Assembly: GCA_964354655.1 (NCBI GenBank)
Contig: CAYHAL010000004.1
Location: forward strand, 2,841-66,840
DNA length: 64,000 nt
Direction: 5' to 3'
Origin: an uncultured Dehalococcoidales bacterium
GTDB lineage: Bacteria > Chloroflexota > Dehalococcoidia > Dehalococcoidales > E44-bin46
Shown here in pieces: positions 28,233 to 38,494 of the stretch. Below the pieces are notes generated by a model that had not been told where the DNA came from, did no database searches, and saw nothing but the letters and a program-made list of their open reading frames with translations. Made by a program: the position numbers and the translations under genes. Position 1 is the stretch's first letter. The number at the start of each line of letters is the position of its first letter.

Positions 28233-29435
28233 ATGATGCCACGAACGTCTTTTAGGAAAGGGAAGTCTCTCGATGAGATGTATGAGATTGACAATGCTAA
28301 ATATAAAAGGTTCGATTCATCAAAAGAGGGTTTTGTAACGCTTACGGAAAAGAAGACTGGTAAACCTGTACATAGCATCCAAGACATCGTGAATTTTCTC
28401 ATCGGAGGCTTTGTGCCGGTTATGATGAAAGACATTCAGGGGAACACATCCGGCAAATCGCGGACAGACCACGCTCTTCAGTTTGGAGCCGCTGCAGTAA
28501 ATTACATCTTAGGCATGTACGGCGACCAGAATGCTAACGAGCAATTTCTAAAGTGGAATTCCTTGTTTGTACCAGAAGACCTAAATAAATGGCGGTCAGA
28601 GGCTGACCCGGACAAGCTTACCTCCCTCATAAAAGACGCTGCTAAGCTGTATGGCGCATGCCTTGTTGCCACTACGGAGCTTGACAGCAGATGGGTCTAT
28701 GAGGGAGATGTACATAAACGCTTCATCTTTGATGATGTTGAACAGCCGATGGAGAAAGGCGATACCCTTGTAATTCCCAACTCAATAAATAGAGCGGTAG
28801 TAATGGCTGTTGAAATGAATAAGGAGCTTATTTTACAATCACCCGGAGCAGGTGCAACTGCGGCTACCGATCTTGGATATGCCATGATGGGCTTCATATC
28901 TATATCCTTAGCCGAATGCATACGGGCTCTCGGTTATAACGCGATACCATGCATGAATGATACTGCTCTAAGCATACCGTTAGCGATAAGCGCTGGGCTT
29001 GGTCAACTTGGTAGACATGGTCTTCTAATAACACCTGAATATGGTTCTTGCATTCGCTTGTGCAAGGTTTTGACAGATATGCCCCTTAATGTCGATAAGC
29101 CTATTGATTTTAGACAAACAGAATTTTGCGACCAATGTTTGGTTTGTGCCAAAGAGTGTCCCGCCGATGCTATAAGCTTTAAAGATAGAACAATGAGCGG
29201 ATACAATGAGAACAATAATCCTGGTGTTAAGAAGTGGTATATACAAGCGGAAAAATGCCTCCAATTTTGGCTGGATAATGGCACGCCTTGTGCTGTCTGC
29301 ATAGCTGTATGCCCCTTTACGGAGGGCTTTGCCTCCACAGCAAGACAGTGCTTACAATGCGAGAGATGTGTTGCCCCTGATTGTCCACTACAATCGATGC
29401 CTATACAAGACCGAAGCAAGGACACCTATAAGTGA
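28233..29435 (+). CDS. reductive dehalogenase-superfamily protein (RdhA/QueG-like), cytoplasmic type without TAT signal
   Basis: EIDNAKYKRFD resembles the RdhA mature N-terminal block. Iron-sulfur motifs are CDQCLVCAKECP and C-x10-CAVCIAVCP, plus an extra CLQCERCVAPDCP. There is no RRxFxK leader, and no small membrane-anchor gene lies adjacent. Confidence 0.75.
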   Translation: MMPRTSFRKGKSLDEMYEIDNAKYKRFDSSKEGFVTLTEKKTGKPVHSIQDIVNFLIGGFVPVMMKDIQGNTSGKSRTDHALQFGAAAVNYILGMYGDQNANEQFLKWNSLFVPEDLNKWRSEADPDKLTSLIKDAAKLYGACLVATTELDSRWVYEGDVHKRFIFDDVEQPMEKGDTLVIPNSINRAVVMAVEMNKELILQSPGAGATAATDLGYAMMGFISISLAECIRALGYNAIPCMNDTALSIPLAISAGLGQLGRHGLLITPEYGSCIRLCKVLTDMPLNVDKPIDFRQTEFCDQCLVCAKECPADAISFKDRTMSGYNENNNPGVKKWYIQAEKCLQFWLDNGTPCAVCIAVCPFTEGFASTARQCLQCERCVAPDCPLQSMPIQDRSKDTYK

Positions 29436-29515
29436 GGAAAGGTGGGGATGCTTGGGAGCAATATTTAGTGCCAAATGCCAAGCTATAAAATGATTAACTT
29501 CAGGTTTTAATTGAG

Positions 29516-30835
29516 ATGAAGACTGCTCAGATTGAAAATACAATACCAGATAATATAGAAATCAAATTTAGAGACGGGAAAATAATACACACTGAAACAG
29601 GTAGTTATACCGTTCTACCACCCGATACCATTATAACCGCGGAGAAGGTGTTTGAAATAATTGGTGTGGTTAAAGTAGAGCAAGTTAATCCTAACTTTAC
29701 CGATGGTGTTCCTATTTTTAGACTAAATGAAGCCCCAGTAAAAGCAAAATGTCACCGTCAGGCTTGCCAGTGGGCACTCCCGCCTACTCCCTTGAATAAT
29801 CCTCCCAAGGAAAGCTTTGGTAAGGGGATGACTGTACCGCAATCGAAGGCAAGCGCGATGATGGAAGCAGTAGAGAGATATTGCGGGCAAAGATTTCATC
29901 ACAGTAGGGTTATTAATGCAAATTATGAGGAAGTGCGGGACTACGCTGTTCACCCCTCTGAATTTAATTTGCCGACCTTGCCACCAAAGTGTGAAAACTG
30001 CGTGGAGAGGAATAGGGGATGTTTTCAAGAACTTCAAAACGCTTGCCAGGAATGGAGTTGGGGTTACTCATTGATAACTAAATCACCAGCTCTAATTCCC
30101 TCTGCATTGGTTTATTACCCCTATATATCGAAGAACAATCTATCGTTTATATTTAATGATACTGGCGGTCTCTCAGCAGGAAATACACTGGAGGAGGCAA
30201 TATTGCAAGGGATGGCCGAGGTAATTGAAAGAGATGCGCTATACTATGCTTTTAATCTGGGCAATCTAAGGAGCATGCCAATGGTCACCTTCAAAAATAC
30301 AAAAAATAGACATATTCAAAAATTTATTGCTGAGGTACTGCCCCCAGAGGGTATCTTTGCTTTCCATATACAGAACAAAAATCTTGACCTTAATATTGCT
30401 TCATTTAGTGCCTTTATATGCTACAAGATAGGGAATGAGCGTCATTACTTTGGTGGCTCAGGAACGAACCTTAATCCGGAGACAGCTTTACTAAGAGCAT
30501 TAACTGAGCTGGAGCAGCAGAAAGTTAGGCAAAAAGTCTTTGCTGAATTTGACCCTAATGACTTGGTGTCGCACAGTAGCCTAAAACAAGAGGATGTTAT
30601 TGCTCTTGAAGAAATCCCTAATCAATCCACAGGTGATATAAGAAAAGATGTAGAGTTATATTTAGATAGATTATTAATAAACGACACAAATGTTATCATA
30701 ATTAACTTAACTCACCCCGAGATAGGAATACCAGTTGTTCGGGTTGTAATACCAAAACTGATTTCATATTCGGGGAGCCCTATTAAAGAGTCGCTGTTTC
30801 TTGATACAATTAAGGCTTTTGGTGGGCAGTGCTAA
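29516..30835 (+). CDS. ycaO: YcaO-domain protein (ATP-dependent amide-activating enzyme family)
   Basis: SFGKGMTVPQSKASAMMEAVERYCG and GMAEVIERDA blocks of the YcaO ATP/Mg site; 439 aa. The gene is markedly AT-rich by eye. Confidence 0.85.
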   Translation: MKTAQIENTIPDNIEIKFRDGKIIHTETGSYTVLPPDTIITAEKVFEIIGVVKVEQVNPNFTDGVPIFRLNEAPVKAKCHRQACQWALPPTPLNNPPKESFGKGMTVPQSKASAMMEAVERYCGQRFHHSRVINANYEEVRDYAVHPSEFNLPTLPPKCENCVERNRGCFQELQNACQEWSWGYSLITKSPALIPSALVYYPYISKNNLSFIFNDTGGLSAGNTLEEAILQGMAEVIERDALYYAFNLGNLRSMPMVTFKNTKNRHIQKFIAEVLPPEGIFAFHIQNKNLDLNIASFSAFICYKIGNERHYFGGSGTNLNPETALLRALTELEQQKVRQKVFAEFDPNDLVSHSSLKQEDVIALEEIPNQSTGDIRKDVELYLDRLLINDTNVIIINLTHPEIGIPVVRVVIPKLISYSGSPIKESLFLDTIKAFGGQC

Positions 30836-30944
30836 CTTATCACTCCGTTCACTAATTTGGCTTTTTAGCGATTAGGGGTGATACATTTTCACCCAGTTAC
30901 TGCAATATCTGATACCTAGACTATCCCATCTCCTGTTTCAACTG

Positions 30945-31778
30945 CTATTTCTTGAATCGGATCGACTTGAACTTCTGCATTTGTTCTCTTATTGCGACTT
31001 CGGTCGGCAGGCGTTCCATACTCGATGCGCCATAAAACCCATGTATACCCTTTGTTTTGCTGAGAACATACTCAGCATCTTCAGGCATGGAGATTGGACC
31101 CCCGTGGCACAAGGCAATGATGTCCGGATTTACAGATTTTGCCGCGTCGCATATTTCCTGAACCCTGGCTGGTGCTTCCTCGAGTGACACTGCAGTCGTG
31201 GCTCCGATGGCCCCCTTGGTGGTCAGTCCCATATGCGCGACAATAATGTCAGCACCGGCTTCGGCCATTGCCTTTGCTTCCTTAGCATTAAATGCGTATG
31301 GTGTAGTCAGGAGGTCCAGTTCATGAGCCTTGCGAATCATGTCAACTTCAAGACCATACCCCATACCGGTCTCTTCAAGGTTTTGCCGGAACAAACCATC
31401 GCATAAACCAACCGTTGGAAAGTTCTGGACTCCTGAAAAGCCGATCTCCTTAACCTGCTTAAGGAAAACGTCCATCTGGCGGAAAGGATCCGTGCCGCAC
31501 ACTCCGGCAAGAACCGGCGTGTCCTTGACAATGGGCAGCACTTCGCCAGCCATTTCCATGACGATAGCGTTGGCGTCACCGTAGGGCATCAGGCCGGCAA
31601 GCGAGCCTCTACCTGCCATGCGGAAACGTCCGCTGTTATAAATCACAATCAGGTCAACTCCCCCTGCCTCTTCAAATTTCGCGCTGATACCAGTTCCGGC
31701 GCCGGCACCGATAATCGGAAGACCCGCCTCAATATTCTTCCTCAACCGTTCAAGGACTTCACTACGTGTAAATGCCAT
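30945..31778 (-). CDS. PEP-hydrolase-like TIM-barrel protein (TIM-barrel signal-transduction family, usual partner of UPF0261)
   Basis: 277 aa; [35 protein letters not shown].. is the family N-terminal block. Its start lies 3 nt downstream of the UPF0261 stop. Confidence 0.75.
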   Translation of the reverse strand: MAFTRSEVLERLRKNIEAGLPIIGAGAGTGISAKFEEAGGVDLIVIYNSGRFRMAGRGSLAGLMPYGDANAIVMEMAGEVLPIVKDTPVLAGVCGTDPFRQMDVFLKQVKEIGFSGVQNFPTVGLCDGLFRQNLEETGMGYGLEVDMIRKAHELDLLTTPYAFNAKEAKAMAEAGADIIVAHMGLTTKGAIGATTAVSLEEAPARVQEICDAAKSVNPDIIALCHGGPISMPEDAEYVLSKTKGIHGFYGASSMERLPTEVAIREQMQKFKSIRFKK

Positions 31779-31780
31779 AA

Positions 31781-33022
31781 TTACCTCCTTTTCTTATTGT
31801 TTGCCTGTTTGATTAGATCTAACATCATCTCAACCGCTTTGGCAGAAAACTGGGGATCATTGATATTGTTATCCATTTCAATTACAGGAATACCCGCCTT
31901 GACGTTGGCCTTGATGGCATCGAACATTGCCCTATCCGCCTCACGGTCACAGAAAGGCTGGCCGTCGCCGTTAAGAATCGATACCCCTTTCAGAGGAATG
32001 AGAAAGGCAACTGGACCTTTGGCAGCGTTTGCTTTCTCAGCGAAAACCTTTCCCATTTTTTCATTCTCCTCATTGTTCGTGCGCATGAGCGTAACTGATG
32101 GGTTCCACTCGTAGAAGGTGCGGTTTGCCTCTTTGTATTTCGCTGGTACCGTGTCCGGTGCCCCGAAATTAGCCATGTCCACGCAGCCTGGAACGATCAG
32201 GTGAGGTATTCCCATTCGGCCGGGGGCATCAAGGCGTTCTGGGCCTGCGTCAAGCACCCCGCCGCAGACGGTATCAGCCCACTCGGTTGTCGTGATGTCA
32301 AGGACAGCGTCCACTAATCCCTCGTTAACCAGGCTCTCCATAGTCTTTCCACCGGTACCGGTGGCGTGGAAGACAAGAACCTCGTAACCCTTTGCCGACA
32401 ATTCCTTTACACAAGCGTTCACGCACTCCGTGGTGTTACCAAACATTGATGCCGTGATAACCGGCTTATCCTCCGTGGCTTCTGGAATATCCGTTTCCAC
32501 CATACCGCAAATTGCTCCCACTGCACGCGAAAAGATAATCCTCGAAACCCGGTTGATGCCGGCAACGTCAACAATTGATGGAATCATCGTGATATCCTTT
32601 GTCCCAACGTAAACCGACACATCCCCTGATGCTACGGTTGATGCACAAACCTTGGGAACACCCACCGGAAGAATACGCATCGCTGAAGTGACCACGGTGG
32701 TCGCAGCACTACCACCCATACCAAAAATCCCGTCAAACTTGCCCTCATCATAAAGTGACTTGATGAGCCTCGCTGCCCCGGCACACATGACCTTCATGGC
32801 TTCACCGCGATCCTTCTTTTTACGAAGCTGCTCCAGGTTCCCCCTACCCGACTCAGCAACCCTGTCCGCTTCAACGTCCACAGGAAAGAGAGCCGTCGTT
32901 CCGAGGACGCCCGTATTAACTGTAAAAACCTTATGTCCACGGCTGAGTATCTGTTCCCGCACAAAGGCATACTCTTCTCCCTTGGTATCAAAAGCACCGA
33001 TTAAACAAATTGTTTTCTGCAT
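31781..33022 (-). CDS. UPF0261 / Tm-1-like ATP-binding protein
   Basis: 413 aa; the pattern ..[12 protein letters not shown]....I...G......D.G. and co-operonic pairing with the TIM-barrel partner. Confidence 0.75.
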   Translation of the reverse strand: MQKTICLIGAFDTKGEEYAFVREQILSRGHKVFTVNTGVLGTTALFPVDVEADRVAESGRGNLEQLRKKKDRGEAMKVMCAGAARLIKSLYDEGKFDGIFGMGGSAATTVVTSAMRILPVGVPKVCASTVASGDVSVYVGTKDITMIPSIVDVAGINRVSRIIFSRAVGAICGMVETDIPEATEDKPVITASMFGNTTECVNACVKELSAKGYEVLVFHATGTGGKTMESLVNEGLVDAVLDITTTEWADTVCGGVLDAGPERLDAPGRMGIPHLIVPGCVDMANFGAPDTVPAKYKEANRTFYEWNPSVTLMRTNNEENEKMGKVFAEKANAAKGPVAFLIPLKGVSILNGDGQPFCDREADRAMFDAIKANVKAGIPVIEMDNNINDPQFSAKAVEMMLDLIKQANNKKRR

Positions 33023-33154
33023 GCCCCCTTTCTTTTAGTGAACTCGATTCACTTTATTAATCTATTCAACCGAAAATGGCCCCCAATAATACGACGAGAT
33101 TCCTAGTTCGCTGCCCCTAACTATGTATACAGAAGTGCTTCTACATAATATGGT

Positions 33155-33180
33155 AATATACAGAACAAATTCTGTATATT
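33155..33180. promoter_or_regulatory. perfect palindromic operator candidate AATATACAGAA-N4-TTCTGTATATT
   Basis: 11-bp arms read directly. It overlaps the -10 of the predicted promoter of the UPF0261 operon. A partial second copy (gtatacagaag..cttctac) lies at 33125-33146. Confidence 0.5.
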
Positions 33181-33201
33181 TAAATGTTGGTAGCATGTCA
33201 A
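33173..33201 (-). promoter_or_regulatory. sigma70-type promoter (TTGACA-N17-TATACA) for the UPF0261 operon
   Basis: On the minus strand, TTGACA is at 33201-33196 and TATACA at 33178-33173 with a 17-nt spacer, about 150 nt upstream of the start at 33022. Confidence 0.5.
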
Positions 33202-33303
33202 AGAGCTTCATTCTTCCTTTATAACGTTGTATGCGCTATAGTCGCCAGCTCAAGATAACTAGATTAGAGACCAAAAGTTGAGTGAAACACCCCTACACCT
33301 ATA

Positions 33304-34890
33304 TCAAGTTGGCATAATGCCGTGTTTTTTCTCAGGTCTCTGTTCCGCTTTGTTTATTGCCATTTCTAGGGCTTGGATAAGCCTCGGCCTGGTTTCTGCC
33401 GGCTCGATTACGTCGTCAATGTGTAGGTGCTCAGCGGCTCTATATGGGTTGGCGAACGTGTCTCTATACTCCTTTATCTTCTCCTCCAACAGTTTGTCGG
33501 GGTCGTCTGTCTTTTCCAACTCTTTTCTGAATATTATGGCTGCCGCTCCATCCGGTCCCATCACCGCCAGTTCAGTGGTAGGCCAGCAAAATACGGCATC
33601 AGCACCCAGGTCTTTACTGCACATTCCAAGGTAAGAGCCTCCGTAAGCTTTTCTGATAGTGAGGGTAATCTTTGGCACCGTAGCCTCGGAATAAGCGTAA
33701 AGCATCTTAGCTCCGTGTCTAATTATTCCTCTCCATTCCTGTTCCGTTCCTGGTAGATATCCAGGCACATCAACCAAGTTGACGATCGGAATATTAAAGG
33801 CGTCGCAGAACCGGATGAACCGGGAGGCCTTATCACAGACATCGATATCCAGAGCTCCCGCTTTTGACATCGGTTGTTGAGCTATTATGCCCACCGACCA
33901 TCCATTGAGTCTAGCAAAACAGGTGATAATGTTAGTGGCAAATATGGGGAATATCTCGAAGTAATTTTTCTTCCCATCCTGCCTCTGGTCAAATACCCTC
34001 TCAATTATCTTGTGCATGTCATATGGACTGCTTGGATTCGCCGGGACAATATCAAACAGGGTTGTGTCGGTACGGGTTGGCTTGTCTCCCCAATCAACCC
34101 TTTTAGGAGATTCTCTATAGCTTGATGGCAAATAGCTTAGCAGCTCCTTTATACTTTGCAGGCACTCCTCCTCACTGTTTTCCGAGCGGCAAGCAACTCC
34201 CGCCTTCTTTTGAGCGACAATAGCACCACCCAGTTCCTCATGGCTAATCTCTTCTCCCATAATAGCCTTAACCACCTGCGGTCCGGTTATATAGGCATAA
34301 CTTATGTCTTTAACCATAAATATGAAGTCCGTGAGCGCTGGGGAATATACGCCGCCCCCAGCACAAGGACCAAGGATAGCGCATATTTGAGGGATTACAC
34401 CAGAATAGATTGAGTTTCGATAGAAAATCTGTCCATATCCAGACAAAGCATCAACGCCGTCCTGAATCCTTGCCCCTCCGGAATCATTTATTCCTATGAT
34501 AGGACACCCCGCTCTTGCGGCGCTATCCATTATTCGGCAAATCTTTGCGGCATGTATTTCTGATAGGGTTCCACCTATGCTGGTGAAATCTTGGGCATAA
34601 ACATACACCTTTCTGCCGTCAATCTTTCCATACCCAGTGATTACCCCGTCCGCTGGCACCTGTATTCTATCCATACCAAAAGCGGTACCTCTATTTGTAG
34701 CAAACATTCCAATCTCGCAAAATGTCCCCTCATCCAGTAACTTCTGAATTCGCTCACGTGCTGTTAGCTTACCTCGCTTTCTCTGTTTTTCCACATTCTC
34801 GCTGCCCCCCATCTCCTCAACCTTTTGTCTACGCTTTTGTAGCTCAGCTAGCAATTTCTTCTTTATTTGCTTATCTTCATTTGTCGTCAT
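33304..34890 (-). CDS. methylmalonyl-CoA carboxyltransferase / propionyl-CoA carboxylase beta-type carboxyltransferase
   Basis: Two-domain carboxyltransferase blocks (..GGARIQDGV..SGYGQIF.., ..GIIRHGAK..YA..EATVPKIT...RKAYGG.Y.). The start is set at MTTNED (SD gagggg), abutting the epimerase stop. Confidence 0.9.
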   Translation of the reverse strand: MTTNEDKQIKKKLLAELQKRRQKVEEMGGSENVEKQRKRGKLTARERIQKLLDEGTFCEIGMFATNRGTAFGMDRIQVPADGVITGYGKIDGRKVYVYAQDFTSIGGTLSEIHAAKICRIMDSAARAGCPIIGINDSGGARIQDGVDALSGYGQIFYRNSIYSGVIPQICAILGPCAGGGVYSPALTDFIFMVKDISYAYITGPQVVKAIMGEEISHEELGGAIVAQKKAGVACRSENSEEECLQSIKELLSYLPSSYRESPKRVDWGDKPTRTDTTLFDIVPANPSSPYDMHKIIERVFDQRQDGKKNYFEIFPIFATNIITCFARLNGWSVGIIAQQPMSKAGALDIDVCDKASRFIRFCDAFNIPIVNLVDVPGYLPGTEQEWRGIIRHGAKMLYAYSEATVPKITLTIRKAYGGSYLGMCSKDLGADAVFCWPTTELAVMGPDGAAAIIFRKELEKTDDPDKLLEEKIKEYRDTFANPYRAAEHLHIDDVIEPAETRPRLIQALEMAINKAEQRPEKKHGIMPT

Positions 34891-34891
34891 G

Positions 34892-35293
34892 TTATCCCCT
34901 CGGCTCAACTAGTTCGATTAATACCTTCGTTTCTTTAGGATGCAGAAAGGCTATCCTAGTGCCTTTAACACCGCTTCTTGGCGTCTCATCGATGAACTGA
35001 ATCCCTTTTTCTCTCAGCGTGTCTAGCGCCTGTTGAATATCACTTACTTCCAGAGCCAAGTGATGTAGTCCCTCCCCCCTTTTTTCAATGTACTTAGCAA
35101 TAACTCCTTCGGGATCGGTTGACTCTAGTAACTCAATCTTACCCTCACCCACCGGGATAATGGCAGTCCTCACCTTCTGCGCTTCCACAATCTCTATATC
35201 TTTAACCTTTAGCCCTAGGGCATCGGTATATAGCTTTAGTGCATCTTCGATACTATTTACCGCAATCCCTATATGGTTAATCTTTTTAATCAA
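34892..35293 (-). CDS. mce: methylmalonyl-CoA epimerase (VOC/glyoxalase fold)
   Basis: [12 protein letters not shown]...Y...LG......E......V..A......IELLE....[22 protein letters not shown] favour a TTG start at 35293 (SD ggagggga), giving the typical ~133 aa. Confidence 0.85.
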   Translation of the reverse strand: MIKKINHIGIAVNSIEDALKLYTDALGLKVKDIEIVEAQKVRTAIIPVGEGKIELLESTDPEGVIAKYIEKRGEGLHHLALEVSDIQQALDTLREKGIQFIDETPRSGVKGTRIAFLHPKETKVLIELVEPRG

Positions 35294-35696
35294 TGCTCCC
35301 CTCCGGTAGGTTTTCTTCAATGAACTTGACAATTTCGGCAATGGGTGTGCCTGGGCCGAAGATTTGGGCGATCCCAGCCTCTTTTAACTTGGGGATATCT
35401 TTCTTTGGTATGATTCCGCCCCCAATAAACAGGATATCCCTGCCACCCCTTTCTCTGACCAGACTCACTGTTTTCGGGAATAAAGATAGGTGAGCGCCAG
35501 ACAGGCAACTCAGACCAACCACATCTACATCCTCTTGAATAGCCGCCTCGGCAATTTGCTCTGGCGTTAGACGTAACCCAAGATAGATTACCTCCATCCC
35601 GGCATCTCTTAAACCTCGAGCTACTACTTTGATTCCCCTATCATGCCCGTCTAGCCCAGGTTTAGCTATTAAGACTCGTATTTTTCTATTCTGCAC
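35286..35696 (-). CDS. methylmalonyl-CoA mutase, B12-binding small subunit
   Basis: 136 aa with the cobalamin motif DGHDRG and a GG..P fingerprint. Confidence 0.9.
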   Translation of the reverse strand: MQNRKIRVLIAKPGLDGHDRGIKVVARGLRDAGMEVIYLGLRLTPEQIAEAAIQEDVDVVGLSCLSGAHLSLFPKTVSLVRERGGRDILFIGGGIIPKKDIPKLKEAGIAQIFGPGTPIAEIVKFIEENLPEGSID

Positions 35697-35713
35697 AGCA
35701 AATACCTCTCGGC

Positions 35714-37330
35714 TTAGAGTATATTTGGCTCTCGGTATTCCCCAAACACATCTCTCAGGGCATTACTTATCTCTCCTACGGTGGCATAAGCCTTAACTGC
35801 CTCAATTAGTGCCGGCATAATGTTCTCGTCACTCCTAGCTACGTCACATACTTCATCTAGCACTTTGCTTACTTTTTGGTTATCCCTTTCCTGCTTTAAT
35901 CTTTTTAATCCCTCTATTTGTCTTTTCTCAACTTCTTCGCCAATCTCTAGAACCTTTGGTGCCTGCTCCTCCCTTACTGTGAACTTATTCACACCGACAA
36001 CGACTTGTTCACCAGAATCTACCGCCCTTTGATAGTTGTAGGCTGAAGTTGCAATTTCTCTCTGAATATATCCCTTCTCTATTGCTTTTAAGGCACCGCC
36101 CATTTTATCAATTTCAGTGATATATCTCATTGCCTTATCTTCTATTTGGTTGGTTAAGCATTCTATATAGTATGAACCACCTAGCGGGTCAACAGTGTCG
36201 GCGACACCGCTCTCATAGGCAATGATTTGCTGGGTTCTCAGGGCAACTTGCACTGCTTCCTCACTGGGCAAAGCCAGTGCCTCGTCAAATGAGTTAGTGT
36301 GTAAAGATTGGCAGCTCCCCAATACAGCGGCTAGTGCCTGCAAGGTTACTCTCACGATGTTATTAAGTGGTTGTTGCTCGGTGAGCGTGAACCCGTCGGT
36401 TTGAACATGATATCTTAGCATCATCGACCCTGGGTTCTTGGCGCCAAATCTTTCCTTCATTATCTTAGCCCATATCCGGCGTAATGCCCTAAACTTGGCG
36501 ACTTCCTCAAGAAGGTTGGTGTAGGCAGCAAAAAAGAATGAGAATCGTGGGGCAAAAGAGTCAACATCCATTCCTTTGTCTATCATCGCTTGAACATAGG
36601 CAATTCCATTAGCTAGAGTAAAGCCAGCTTCTTGAGCGGCAGTAGCCCCAGCCTCCCGCATATGATAGCCACTGATGCTTATTGAGTTCCATAGTGGCAT
36701 ATTTTGGGCGCAATAGGAGCAAATATCAGTAACCAATCGCATAGATGGAGTCGGACCAAAGATATACGTGTTTCTGGCTATATATTCCTTCAATATATCG
36801 TTTTGCACAGTCCCTCTGAGCTTATCAGCAGTTGTTCCCTGCTTTTCGGCAGCAGCAATATATAAGGCCAATAAAATTGGTGCCGTGGAGTTAATTGTCA
36901 TTGATGTGCTTACCTCGGCTAATGGAATACCGTCCCAAAGCCTCTCCATATCTTTAAGCGAGTCTATGGCAACACCACACTTGCCAACCTCTCCAGCGGA
37001 AAGTGGGTGGTCTGAATCATATCCCTCTTGAGTAGGTAAATGGAAGGCGACACTAAACCCAGTTTGCCCTTGCTCGTACAGATATTTGTACCGCTTATTT
37101 GTCTCTTCTACACTGGCAAAGCCAGCATATTGGCGCATAGTCCATAGCCTGCTCCTGTAGCCGGTGGGCATTATATGCCTAGTATATGGATACTCACCAG
37201 GAACACCAATGTCCTCCTGCTTACACCCCTCCAAATCGGCCAGTGTATATACCCTATTGACTACAATTCCATCAACGGTAGTCCTGAACTCCTTCTTTCT
37301 TTCGGTTATTTCTTTTTTCTTCTCAGGCAT
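35714..37330 (-). CDS. methylmalonyl-CoA mutase, large (substrate-binding TIM-barrel) subunit
   Basis: 538 aa; PG.YPYTRH...[29 protein letters not shown] blocks. Confidence 0.92.
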   Translation of the reverse strand: MPEKKKEITERKKEFRTTVDGIVVNRVYTLADLEGCKQEDIGVPGEYPYTRHIMPTGYRSRLWTMRQYAGFASVEETNKRYKYLYEQGQTGFSVAFHLPTQEGYDSDHPLSAGEVGKCGVAIDSLKDMERLWDGIPLAEVSTSMTINSTAPILLALYIAAAEKQGTTADKLRGTVQNDILKEYIARNTYIFGPTPSMRLVTDICSYCAQNMPLWNSISISGYHMREAGATAAQEAGFTLANGIAYVQAMIDKGMDVDSFAPRFSFFFAAYTNLLEEVAKFRALRRIWAKIMKERFGAKNPGSMMLRYHVQTDGFTLTEQQPLNNIVRVTLQALAAVLGSCQSLHTNSFDEALALPSEEAVQVALRTQQIIAYESGVADTVDPLGGSYYIECLTNQIEDKAMRYITEIDKMGGALKAIEKGYIQREIATSAYNYQRAVDSGEQVVVGVNKFTVREEQAPKVLEIGEEVEKRQIEGLKRLKQERDNQKVSKVLDEVCDVARSDENIMPALIEAVKAYATVGEISNALRDVFGEYREPNIL

Positions 37331-37350
37331 TCCCCTCTCCCTAAGTGCAT

Positions 37351-38100
37351 TTAATGGTTTTTACGCCGCTTGTCTATTATTTTATAGAGCTCCTCGATTC
37401 CCACACCGTTTATGGCTTGAGTAGTCATAATTGATGGTTCGGATTTTCCAGGTTTGGCTCCCAATGTAGCTCTAAGCTCAGCTGCTAGCGTTTCAGCCCC
37501 CACATGGTCTGCCTTATTGACTACAACTATATCAGCAATTTCTAGTAGACCTGCTTTCATAGCTTGCATGTCGTCTCCAGACTCTGGTACTAGAATTAGG
37601 ACAACGATATCTGCTATCCCTCTAATACTTAGTTCAGTTTGCCCAACACCGACGGTTTCTATTATGATAACATCCTTACCAAAAGCGTCCAATAGATTTA
37701 CTGTAGCCTCGACTGCTTCGGATAGACCACCGTAGCTACCTCTACTGGCCATACTACGAATAAATACCCCGCTATCCAAGTAGTGCCGCTGCATTCTTAT
37801 CCTGTCACCTAACACAGCGCCACCGGTAATAGGGCTACTTGGGTCCACGGCTATGATCCCTACAGATAATCCCTTGCTTCTAATCGTGCTAGTCAGTTTG
37901 TCCACCAAGGTGCTCTTGCCCCCGCCCGGGGGACCAGTAATACCTATACGGTAAGCTTTACCTAAGTGTGGGCGGATAACTTCTATCATTTCAGAGAAAG
38001 CTGGACTATCATTTTCAACAAGCGAGATTAATTGTGCCAGGGACTTCTTTTCACCAGCAAGCATACTGTTTACTAATTCCGCTATTTTCGAGGTCATCAA
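37351..38100 (-). CDS. meaB: methylmalonyl-CoA mutase-associated G3E GTPase (MeaB/ArgK-like, short form)
   Basis: P-loop [21 protein letters not shown]. It is the first gene of the mutase operon. At 249 aa it is shorter than typical MeaB. Confidence 0.85.
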   Translation of the reverse strand: MMTSKIAELVNSMLAGEKKSLAQLISLVENDSPAFSEMIEVIRPHLGKAYRIGITGPPGGGKSTLVDKLTSTIRSKGLSVGIIAVDPSSPITGGAVLGDRIRMQRHYLDSGVFIRSMASRGSYGGLSEAVEATVNLLDAFGKDVIIIETVGVGQTELSIRGIADIVVLILVPESGDDMQAMKAGLLEIADIVVVNKADHVGAETLAAELRATLGAKPGKSEPSIMTTQAINGVGIEELYKIIDKRRKNH

Positions 38101-38410
38101 TCCAGGAATATACTCCTTAGGCTATTCAAAAAATCTTCCCAGTGTCCCTACCCTGCGAACAATTGAGTGTTTGGCCTTTATATATAACTCTTAATGACTT
38201 AAACTCTGTTCTATATTTTACCGCATTCCACTTCCTCAGTAAAGATTTTGAATCAAATCGTCTTATATATTATGTAACCAAAGACCTGTGCTGAATCACA
38301 CAAAAGTTGCTGTAGTGTCTGCATCACGGACAAGGTGGCCTCTCCAAATCAATGTCGCCCCAGCGCAGCCCAGTGTAGGCTTTAGTGTGGTCGCACATTA
38401 AAACGCAGCA

Positions 38411-38439
38411 TTGAGCAACTTGTTTAAATAGTGTAAAAT
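38411..38439 (+). promoter_or_regulatory. candidate promoter TTGAGC-N17-TAAAAT for the crotonase-hbd-abfD operon
   Basis: Hexamers read directly, 55 nt upstream of the start at 38495, in the divergent intergenic region. Confidence 0.35.
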
Positions 38440-38494
38440 TTAAAACACGACTTTATAGAACTGACCTATGATGGATAGCTAAGGAGGTCACTAA

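Noticed and set aside
28184-28435. 83-aa minus-strand hydrophobic ORF overlapping the 5' end of the RdhA-like gene, considered as a possible RdhB-type membrane anchor.
   Set aside because: It is antisense to and overlaps the RdhA-like coding sequence. It has no SD and does not have the three-TM architecture expected of RdhB.
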